Positions 1-6,177 of a stretch of DNA of 12,849 nucleotides are shown here, piece after piece. How positions within the stretch are numbered: the first letter of the stretch is position 1; each line of letters starts with the position of its first letter. Source of the DNA: Candidatus Asbonarchaeum danakilense (GTDB taxonomy: Archaea > Nanohalarchaeota > Nanosalinia > Nanosalinales > Nanoanaerosalinaceae); the NCBI GenBank assembly GCA_034190465.1, contig JAXINV010000070.1:1-12849 (forward strand), read 5' to 3'. A program made the translations under genes and the position numbers. The notes under the pieces were generated by a model that did no database searches, was not told where the DNA came from, and saw nothing but the letters and a program-made list of their open reading frames with translations.

Positions 1-45
1 CCATACTTTTATTACGATGTATTACGAACCCGCTGCCGGATATTC

Positions 46-1020
46 ATGAAAGCGATCGTTCTTGCCGGGGGGCACGCGACCCGGCTGTGGCCTATCACGC
101 GTCACCGTGCCAAACCGTTGCTGAACCTGGACGGCCGGCCGATCATCGACTACATCGTCAGGGAGCTGGCCGGGCGTGACGACGTCGAGAAGATCTACAT
201 CTCCACCAACAAAAAATACGCACAGGACTTCCAGGACTACATCGACCGGAACGGCTACGACCAGGCAGAGGTCGTCGTCGAGGACCAGGCATCCGAGGAC
301 GAAAAGCCCGGCACCATCGGCGCCACCATCAAGCTCCTCGACCGGAAGGGCATCGACGACGACTACCTCGTCATCGGCGGGGACAACTACTACTCCTTCG
401 ACCTCAACGACTTCCTCGACTTCGCCGGCGACAGTCCCGCCATCGCGTGCTACGACGTCGGCAGCACAGAGGCCGCACAGTCGTTCGGCGTCGTCGAGGC
501 CGGCGACGACAACATCATCACCGGGTTCGAAGAAAAGCCCGACGACCCCAACTCAACCCTCGCCTCCATCGCCTGCTACTACTTCCCGCAGCGGGACGTC
601 TCCCTGTTCCACGACTATGAGGACCACTTCCAGCAGACCGACGTCCCCGCCGACACCTACCTCGACGAGCCCGGGCGGCTCATCGAATGGGCGTTCCAGC
701 AGCGCGACATCCTCGCCTACGCCTTCCAGGGCCAGTGGTTCGACGTCGGCACCAGAGAAGGCTACCTCAAGGCACAGGCCGCCCTCGCCGACGGCCAGCG
801 GCTCGAAGGCGAGGTCCAGGACTGCGAGATCGGCGACAACGTCTACGTCATGGACGGGGCCGCGGTCAGGGACAGCGGCCTGGAGGACTGCATCGTCTTC
901 CCTGGCGCCACCATCCGGGACAGCCAGCTCCAGGGTTCCATCGTCGACACCCAGGCCCACCTGCACGGCGTCGAACTGCAGGACTCCCTCATCGGCGAAC
1001 ACTCCCAGCTCCAGCACTGA
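46..1020 (+). CDS. Sugar-phosphate nucleotidyltransferase (NDP-sugar synthase, glucose-1-phosphate thymidylyltransferase-like) with C-terminal left-handed beta-helix
   Basis: N-terminal signature LAGGHATRLWPITRHRAKPLL (GxGxRL..T...K), GGDN, FGVV, FEEKP and WFDVGT motifs. C-terminal hexapeptide-like repeats (IGDNVYVMDGAAV, IVFPGATI). Substrate cannot be assigned from sequence. Confidence 0.92.
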   Translation: MKAIVLAGGHATRLWPITRHRAKPLLNLDGRPIIDYIVRELAGRDDVEKIYISTNKKYAQDFQDYIDRNGYDQAEVVVEDQASEDEKPGTIGATIKLLDRKGIDDDYLVIGGDNYYSFDLNDFLDFAGDSPAIACYDVGSTEAAQSFGVVEAGDDNIITGFEEKPDDPNSTLASIACYYFPQRDVSLFHDYEDHFQQTDVPADTYLDEPGRLIEWAFQQRDILAYAFQGQWFDVGTREGYLKAQAALADGQRLEGEVQDCEIGDNVYVMDGAAVRDSGLEDCIVFPGATIRDSQLQGSIVDTQAHLHGVELQDSLIGEHSQLQH

Positions 1021-1120
1021 GGCCGGAGCGAAGCCCCGAAGCGCCGGGACGGCCGCAGCCCAGGACCACCCAAGGTATTAAAAAGGTCGGCGCGGCAGTG
1101 GGGTTCAGGTGTCATTACAG

Positions 1121-1345
1121 ATGCCAGAACAACCCAACCAGCAGCAGATGTTGCAGGCCTTCCAGCAGAAGATCGGCAACCTGGAACTCACGCTAAACGC
1201 TCTCCTCGCAGTTCTCACCGAAGAAGACGTCGTCACACAGGACGAAGTCAACGAAAAGGCACAGGAGATCGTCGAAGAGATCCAGGAACAGCAGGCCGCT
1301 CAGCAGGGCCAGGGCCCGCAGGGTCTGCAGCCTGACGAAGAGTAA
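1121..1345 (+). CDS. Small acidic Q/E-rich helical hypothetical protein (74 aa)
   Basis: ATG at 1121 is preferred over GTG 1109 because it follows SD-like AGGTG (1107-1111) and TATA-like TATTAAAA (1076-1083). Amphipathic helix QQKIGNLELTLNALLAVLTEEDVVTQDEVNEKAQEIVEEI, acidic composition, downstream hairpin and T-tract. Confidence 0.8.
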   Translation: MPEQPNQQQMLQAFQQKIGNLELTLNALLAVLTEEDVVTQDEVNEKAQEIVEEIQEQQAAQQGQGPQGLQPDEE

Positions 1346-1356
1346 TCAGTACCCGT

Positions 1357-1392
1357 CAGGTGGCGTAAAACCCACCTGCACCTTATTTTTCT
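1357..1392 (+). terminator. Hairpin plus T-tract between convergent genes
   Basis: CAGGTGG (1357-1363) pairs with CCACCTG (1372-1378), followed by TTATTTTT (1383-1390). Confidence 0.55.
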
Positions 1393-1401
1393 CCTCACCA
1401 G

Positions 1402-2319
1402 CTAGCGCAGGCGGTCCAGTCCATCCTTCACGTTGTTGTACACCGCATTCACCGCATCCCCGGCAGACTCGCGGTACGTCCCCTCCTTCACCGCCTCAGC
1501 GCCAGGATGCAGCGTCGACGTCAGCACCGTGAAGCCCTTCTGGTACTCCTCCAGCGGCTCCCCGTCACCGTCCATGTAACCGTCCTCGAAGCCGTCCCGG
1601 ACCGCCGTGTACGTCTCGCGGTCCAGCAGCTTCGCCGACGACACGAACGTGATCACATCAGCCGCCTTGTCCCAGTCATCAGCATCAGTGATCGTGTACT
1701 CCCAGTCGATCGACGCATAGCCGTCATCCGTCACCAACACGTTCTCCAGCCGGTTGTCCATCTTGACGACGCCTTCCTCGTGCATCGCCGCCGTCAGCTC
1801 ACCGACCTCCCTAGCAGTCTCGTACGCTTCCTCTAGGTCGACATCCTCCACATACTCTGGCAGCGGAGTCATCTCCGTCACCTCCTCGAACGCCATGTGG
1901 TCATCGTCCGCGTACACCGCGTCCGGCACATCCAGCTCCACATCAGCCAGCTCCTCGATCGCAGCAGCCTCGTTCCGGTGGCGTTCCCCCGTCGAGACAT
2001 AGTCCAGCATCGAGAGATCAAACCCGTCCAGCGCCTCCCGGAGCGAGCCATCGCCCCGGATCGCGTCCACCACGTCCCCGGCAGCATCCAGGTTGTCCCG
2101 TAGCCTGCCGTAGTGCGTCACCGCCAGCGACAGCCCGGGATCGTCATCGTACTCCTTCAGGATGACCCCGTCGTCCTCCTGCCAGTCCTCCGGAACAGCT
2201 TCCTCGTCCAGACGGTACACCGCGTTCGTCATCCCGCCGCCGATCTCCTCGGCCTCCTCCTTCACCGTGTCCAGATCCAGATCGTCGGCCTGCCGGAGTT
2301 CTTCATAGAGACCAGTCAT
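1402..2319 (-). CDS. Atypical protein-kinase-like phosphotransferase (Bud32/RIO/Kdo-WaaP/APH superfamily), highly acidic paralogue
   Basis: Gly-loop IGGGMTNAVY, beta3 Lys in VILKEY, helix-C Glu in RHRNE, catalytic loop MHEEGVVKMDNRLENVLV, DFG-equivalent SIDWE, and C-lobe DVITFVSS and FEDGY. Confidence 0.8.
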   Translation of the reverse strand: MTGLYEELRQADDLDLDTVKEEAEEIGGGMTNAVYRLDEEAVPEDWQEDDGVILKEYDDDPGLSLAVTHYGRLRDNLDAAGDVVDAIRGDGSLREALDGFDLSMLDYVSTGERHRNEAAAIEELADVELDVPDAVYADDDHMAFEEVTEMTPLPEYVEDVDLEEAYETAREVGELTAAMHEEGVVKMDNRLENVLVTDDGYASIDWEYTITDADDWDKAADVITFVSSAKLLDRETYTAVRDGFEDGYMDGDGEPLEEYQKGFTVLTSTLHPGAEAVKEGTYRESAGDAVNAVYNNVKDGLDRLR

Positions 2320-2340
2320 ATGTTGTAACTTTCGAGTGAC

Positions 2341-2350
2341 AATATAAAAA
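2341..2350 (-). promoter_or_regulatory. TATA box of the acidic kinase gene (leaderless spacing)
   Basis: Minus strand AAAG-TTTTTATATT lies 22-31 nt upstream of ATG 2319. The A-rich BRE-like flank overlaps the stop codon of the upstream kinase. Confidence 0.65.
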
Positions 2351-2352
2351 CT

Positions 2353-3084
2353 TTATGGGTAGCGCGCCAGCTGTCGCATGTGACGGCGGATATCGTACAC
2401 CCAGTTCCGCCACGCCCGGAGCACCAACCCCGGCGACCGCTTGACCAGCAGCACGTAGCCAACCACCGCCACACCCGTGAACATCGTCCGGAAGCCCTTA
2501 TCCACCTCGAAGATACCATCATAACCCGCATGGAGCCCTTCGATGAAAAACACGTACTTCCGCGGTTCCAGCATCTTCGCACTCGCCGTCAACGTCACTA
2601 GATCAAACTCCCTGAGGAACGGCGGCGCCTCCTCCCGGAACAGCTCGTGGTCAATCGACGCCAGCCCCTCCTCCGTCACCAGCGTGTTCCCGCACCGGTT
2701 GTCCACGTAGGCCGCACCGTACTCGTGCAGCCGATGCAACTCCGCGCCCTTCGCCCGCCCCACCTCATAGCATCCCTGAAGATCGGTATCCGCCAGATGT
2801 TCCAGAAGCGGGATACCCTCCACCAGCTCCATCTCGATGAAATGCCCGTCATGCCATACAACGTCCGGCCTCCGGATATCCAGCTCCTCCAGCACCTCCT
2901 TCGCCCGCAGCTCGTTCGCCACCCGCCGGTCCTGGGTGATCCATTCGAAATGCAGGAACATCAGTTGAAACAGATTGATCAGCTTCACAGTCCACGAATA
3001 AGGCGCCACAAACTTCAGCACCGTCCCGCGGTCCGTCCGCCAGATCGCGTTCGTCAACCCTTCCTCCAGCGGTTCAAGCTTCAT
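2353..3084 (-). CDS. Atypical protein-kinase-like phosphotransferase (Bud32/RIO/Kdo-WaaP superfamily), possibly membrane-associated paralogue
   Basis: LEEGLTNAIW, TVLKF, RVANE, LHEYGAAYVDNRCGNTLV, SIDHE, LHAGY. Start placed at ATG 3084 (MKLEPLEEG), preceded by SD-like GGGAGG and overlapping the nth 3' end by 11 nt. Hydrophobic segments WTVKLINLFQLMFLHF and MFTGVAVVGYVLLV. Confidence 0.8.
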   Translation of the reverse strand: MKLEPLEEGLTNAIWRTDRGTVLKFVAPYSWTVKLINLFQLMFLHFEWITQDRRVANELRAKEVLEELDIRRPDVVWHDGHFIEMELVEGIPLLEHLADTDLQGCYEVGRAKGAELHRLHEYGAAYVDNRCGNTLVTEEGLASIDHELFREEAPPFLREFDLVTLTASAKMLEPRKYVFFIEGLHAGYDGIFEVDKGFRTMFTGVAVVGYVLLVKRSPGLVLRAWRNWVYDIRRHMRQLARYP

Positions 3085-3778
3085 CTCGTCCCTCCCTGCA
3101 TGAGCAGTATTCACACAGATCGCCGATCGGGCCCTCCTGGCACGACGGGTTCCGTGCCGTGCAGAATCTTCTCCCGTGCTTGATCAGGTTGATATGGAAC
3201 TCGTACTTCCGGTCGTCCGGCACCTCCCGATCCAGGATCTTGTGCGCCCGTTCCCGGGACACGTCCTCAGGGATCAGCCCCAGCCGTTTCGAGACACGGT
3301 AGACATGCGTGTCCACCGGGAACACCGGCATACCGAACACAAAACACAGCGTCACCGCCGCCGTCTTCGGACCCACCCCAGGGAACCGTTGCAGATACTC
3401 CTCCGCATCATCCGGCTCCATCTCTGCCACGTGGTCCAGGCTGAACTTGCCGCGTTCCTCCTTGAGCATCCGCAGAAACGTCCGGATCCGTTCCGCCTTC
3501 GTCGGACCCAACCCCGCCGGCTTCACCGCCTCCGCGACCTCGTCCACATCAGCCGCCAGTATCTCCGCCGGCCCGTCGAACCGTTCCTCCAGCCGTTCCT
3601 TCGCAACATCTCTGTTGTCATCGTTCGTGTTCTGGGAGAGGATCGTCGTTATCAGCGAATCAACCGGGTCTTCCCTGCTCTCGCGTTCCGGTACGCCGTA
3701 GAAATCGCGGAGCCGATCCATCACCTCCCCAAGTCGTTCACTGTACGCCTCATCGTAGACGAACTCATCGCTGTCCAT
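3074..3778 (-). CDS. nth: Endonuclease III (HhH-GPD DNA glycosylase/AP lyase)
   Basis: LITTILSQNTND, HhH motif LQRFPGVGPKTA with catalytic Lys, FPVDTHVYRV with catalytic Asp, C-terminal Cys cluster. Start ATG 3778 (MDSDEF) chosen because TTTAAA (3804-3809) lies 26-31 nt upstream. Confidence 0.95.
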   Translation of the reverse strand: MDSDEFVYDEAYSERLGEVMDRLRDFYGVPERESREDPVDSLITTILSQNTNDDNRDVAKERLEERFDGPAEILAADVDEVAEAVKPAGLGPTKAERIRTFLRMLKEERGKFSLDHVAEMEPDDAEEYLQRFPGVGPKTAAVTLCFVFGMPVFPVDTHVYRVSKRLGLIPEDVSRERAHKILDREVPDDRKYEFHINLIKHGRRFCTARNPSCQEGPIGDLCEYCSCREGRDEA

Positions 3779-3901
3779 CGGGCTGAGATGACCTGCCAAC
3801 ACGTTTAAATCCTACGTCCCGTCGAGACTGCTAACCGGAGAACGGCGCCATCCCCCACCGCCCTCGACGGCCTTACATCCGTTAACCAGAGGAACAGATA
3901 G

Positions 3902-3911
3902 TTTTATAAAA
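3902..3911. promoter_or_regulatory. Palindromic TATA box TTTTATAAAA in the divergent nth/SSB intergenic region
   Basis: Perfect 10-bp palindrome matching the archaeal TATA consensus on both strands. Purine-rich AACAGATAG precedes it on the plus strand. A second TATA-like ATTAAATA is at 3969-3976. Confidence 0.6.
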
Positions 3912-3933
3912 AGCACCCGTTTACATCAATATA

Positions 3934-4038
3934 CTTTGTAGCTTGCACCGACAGGAACGCAGGGTTCCATTAAATAGCGATATCCAGCCTGGGCTACAGA
4001 GCACATCCGTCCACGGAAGGTGTGAGACATGGATATCG
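3934..4038 (+). ncRNA. Candidate structured cis-regulatory leader RNA of the SSB gene
   Basis: 12-bp stem 3934-3945/3990-4001 (with G-U pairs), inner hairpin GGAAC/GTTCC, SD-covering hairpin 4002-4024, and 9-nt pairing of 3978-3986 with 4030-4038. Hand-folded only; no family recognised. Confidence 0.4.
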
Positions 4039-4313
4039 AAGAACTGGAACCAGGACAGGACGATTTCGAACTCGAAGCCACGGTCAAAAAAATACATAGA
4101 CCGCGTGCCGTCTCTACAAAGTACGGACAGAAACTTCTCACCACCGCCGTCCTCGAAGACACCACAGGCGAGATCGAGACCGTCCTCTGGGAGGAACAGA
4201 TCGACGACCTCGAGGAAGGGGACGACGTCCGGGTCGAAGGATGTTACGTCCGGCAATGGGTCGACCACCTGCAGCTCAACATACCGCGGAGTGGTGAAAT
4301 CGAGCAGGTATAA
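4029..4313 (+). CDS. ssb: Single-OB-fold single-stranded DNA-binding protein (SSB/RPA family)
   Basis: AVLEDTTGEIETVLWEEQIDDLEEGDDVRVEGCYVRQWVDHLQLNI matches the DxTGxIxxxLW...GDxVxI...LxLN OB-fold pattern of crenarchaeal-type SSB/RPA. SD GGAAGGTG upstream. Confidence 0.9.
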   Translation: MDIEELEPGQDDFELEATVKKIHRPRAVSTKYGQKLLTTAVLEDTTGEIETVLWEEQIDDLEEGDDVRVEGCYVRQWVDHLQLNIPRSGEIEQV

Positions 4314-4330
4314 GCCCTCCCGGACAAAGG

Positions 4331-4337
4331 TTTTATA
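4331..4337 (+). promoter_or_regulatory. TATA box of the AI-2E transporter gene
   Basis: CAAAGG-TTTTATA lies 24-30 nt upstream of ATG 4361, with no SD, consistent with a leaderless mRNA. Confidence 0.6.
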
Positions 4338-4360
4338 CCGTCCACCCGTTTTTGTAAACC

Positions 4361-5365
4361 ATGCGTGACGGCCACATCCCCAACCTCCTCATCGGGCTCC
4401 TCATCCTCGGCAGCCTCTGGATGCTCTGGCCGTTCCTTGGGGCGCTCCTGTTCGGCATCCTGACCGCCTACCTTCTCATCTATCTCGAAAAAGCGATCTA
4501 CCACCACCTGGAGAACCGCATCCTCAGCAACCTCATCGTCATCCTGCTCCTCACAGTCCTGCTCAGCGGCCTTCTCTACGGCATCTCCTCCAGTGTCTCC
4601 GAGATCGGTAGGAACATAGAAAGCTTCCTCACCGCCCTCTCAGGGAGCGCGTCCTTCATCATCAAGGTATTCAACCTTCCAGAATCACTCGCAAGCATAA
4701 CAGCATCCATAACATCCGAAATAAGCAGCATAATGCGGTCAAGTCTTGTCGGTGAACTCAGGCAGTTCCCAAGCGTCGCCATCAACCTCCTCCTCTACGC
4801 AACCACAGCCGTCTACTTCTATCAGCACGGCCAGTCCTTCCGGACAGAACTTTACGAGATCATCGCCAGTAGAGAAGGCGCAAAGGGAACGGCCGCAACC
4901 CGTCTCCTCCGCAGCCTCGACGACCTTTTCCGTAACGTCTTCCTCAGCAACACCCTCATCGCCCTCACGATGACCGTCCTCGCCGGCATCGGCTACTTCC
5001 TCATGAGCATCGACTTCTGGTGGGGGTGGGCACTGCTCATCGGTATCTTCGCCTTCCTCCCCCTCATCAGGGCCGCTTTCGTCTACCTCGCCCTCGGCGG
5101 TCTATACATGGTACTGGGAAGCTTCTGGCTGGGCGTCGTCATCATCATCTACAGCATCATCGTCATCAACACCCTGCCCCTCGTATTCATCAGTCCATAT
5201 ATCGACAGCGAGACCTCCGACGAAAACAGCGCCCTCCTCTTCATAGGGTTCATCGCCGGTCCCGTCGTCCTTGGTCTCAAAGGCATCATCCTCGGCCCGA
5301 CCATCCTCGTCCTCACCAGGGACTACCTCCTCGACATCTTCGCCGTCACCGAGGAACCTTCGTAG
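4361..5365 (+). CDS. AI-2E family (UPF0118/PerM) membrane transporter
   Basis: About 8 hydrophobic segments. N-terminal PFLGALLFGILTAYLL and C-terminal LFIGFIAGPVVLGLKGIILGPTILVL are typical of the family. 3' end overlaps nob1 by 20 nt. Confidence 0.88.
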   Translation: MRDGHIPNLLIGLLILGSLWMLWPFLGALLFGILTAYLLIYLEKAIYHHLENRILSNLIVILLLTVLLSGLLYGISSSVSEIGRNIESFLTALSGSASFIIKVFNLPESLASITASITSEISSIMRSSLVGELRQFPSVAINLLLYATTAVYFYQHGQSFRTELYEIIASREGAKGTAATRLLRSLDDLFRNVFLSNTLIALTMTVLAGIGYFLMSIDFWWGWALLIGIFAFLPLIRAAFVYLALGGLYMVLGSFWLGVVIIIYSIIVINTLPLVFISPYIDSETSDENSALLFIGFIAGPVVLGLKGIILGPTILVLTRDYLLDIFAVTEEPS

Positions 5366-5798
5366 TCTCCGCACCACAGACCGGGCACTGTTCCCCGTCC
5401 ACCTCGCGTCCACAGTTCGTGCACACCGTCGTCCAGTCCACCGTCCCGTCGATCCCCTCCTTCATGAACGTGATGTACGACACATCCAGCCGCTCCGCCA
5501 AGTCCTGCATCGCATAGTCGTCCGTCACCAGCGTCGCGTCCAGCTGGTCCGCGAGCGCCACAAGCGCCACATCCGTCTCCGTGACCTCCATCCCTGCCTG
5601 ATCAGCCACGCGCTGCACATGGTCCACCCGGTGCTCGTCCGGTTCGCGCAGCTCAACCTCCAACGTATCGAACCTGCGTCGGGCTTCGTCCGACTCAAGC
5701 TCCTCGGTCACCCCAGGCACCGTCACGATGTCGTCGAAGGGAAGCGAGATACTGCTCCCATGGATCAAGATATTAGCGTCAATCACGTGCACAGCCAT
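5346..5798 (-). CDS. nob1: Nob1 endoribonuclease (PIN domain plus Zn ribbon), SSU rRNA maturation
   Basis: PIN acidic residues in VIDANILIH, VTEEL, TETDVALVALA and LVTDDYAMQD. C-terminal CTNCG...CPVCG Zn ribbon. TATA-like TTTTTTAA 24-31 nt upstream on the minus strand. Confidence 0.92.
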   Translation of the reverse strand: MAVHVIDANILIHGSSISLPFDDIVTVPGVTEELESDEARRRFDTLEVELREPDEHRVDHVQRVADQAGMEVTETDVALVALADQLDATLVTDDYAMQDLAERLDVSYITFMKEGIDGTVDWTTVCTNCGREVDGEQCPVCGAETTKVPR

Positions 5799-5851
5799 AG
5801 TCCGCTGTTAGGACCCGTTGATTAAAAAATGTGGCGGGCTGCGCCCCCAAA

Positions 5852-5859
5852 TTTATATA
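5852..5859 (+). promoter_or_regulatory. TATA box of the histone gene
   Basis: CCAAA-TTTATATA consensus TATA. SD GGTGA at 5885-5889 precedes ATG 5895. Confidence 0.7.
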
Positions 5860-5894
5860 AAGGAAGAACAAGCATCCTTTTTCCGGTGAACAAC

Positions 5895-6092
5895 ATGGAG
5901 CTACCAAGAGCGCCTCTTGAACGCATCATGCGGAACGCAGGTGCAGAAAGGGTTTCTGAAGACGCAGTAGAAGCACTCAGAGAAGCTGCTGAAGAAGTCG
6001 CAGATGACCTTGCACGAGAAGCCGTCCAGGCTTCCAAGCACGCTGACCGCAAGACCGTCAAGAGATCAGACGTACGGCTTGCCGCACGATAG
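5895..6092 (+). CDS. Archaeal histone (singlet HMfA/HMfB type, 65 aa)
   Basis: MELPRAPLERIMRNAGAERVSEDAVEAL...ASKHADRKTVKRSDVRLA closely follows HMf (MELPIAPIGRIIK.AGAERVS...HAGRKT.KA.DI.LA). True start is ATG 5895 after GGTGA, not 5829. Confidence 0.97.
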   Translation: MELPRAPLERIMRNAGAERVSEDAVEALREAAEEVADDLAREAVQASKHADRKTVKRSDVRLAAR

Positions 6093-6122
6093 GGTCTTCA
6101 GCACCTCCGGTCTGCAAGACCC

Positions 6123-6146
6123 TCTTTTCCCTTTTTTTCTTCCTCT
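6123..6146 (+). terminator. Oligo-T/pyrimidine terminator after the histone gene
   Basis: TCTTTTCCCTTTTTTCTTCCTCT about 30 nt after the stop, an archaeal U-tract terminator pattern. Confidence 0.6.
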
Positions 6147-6177
6147 CATGGCTTCACAGGCGCCAGAAACAGCCGTC

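Noticed and set aside
1021..1060. GC-rich hairpin with repeated CGAAGC after the nucleotidyltransferase gene
   Set aside because: Only 4-bp arms (CCGG/CCGG), which is expected by chance at this GC content.
176..1196. Long alternative-frame and antisense ORFs (176-1081, 687-1196, also 6656-7597, 7008-7952, 10568-11251, 11952-12659)
   Set aside because: Ser/Thr/Arg/Pro-rich or Val/Leu-rich shadow frames expected from high-GC3 coding DNA. They overlap well-supported genes and carry no motifs.
1402..3084. Calling either kinase Bud32 (KEOPS) or RIO1
   Set aside because: No HGDLTTSN or HGDLSEYN loop, no DFG, no RIO signature and no kae1 neighbour, so only the superfamily can be supported.
3811..3856. 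Fluoride (crcB) riboswitch-like GGGGATGG...GTTCTCC on the minus strand
   Set aside because: The spacing is 3 nt too long, the GCUnAUGAC/CCUAC 3' elements are absent, and no fluoride-related gene lies downstream.
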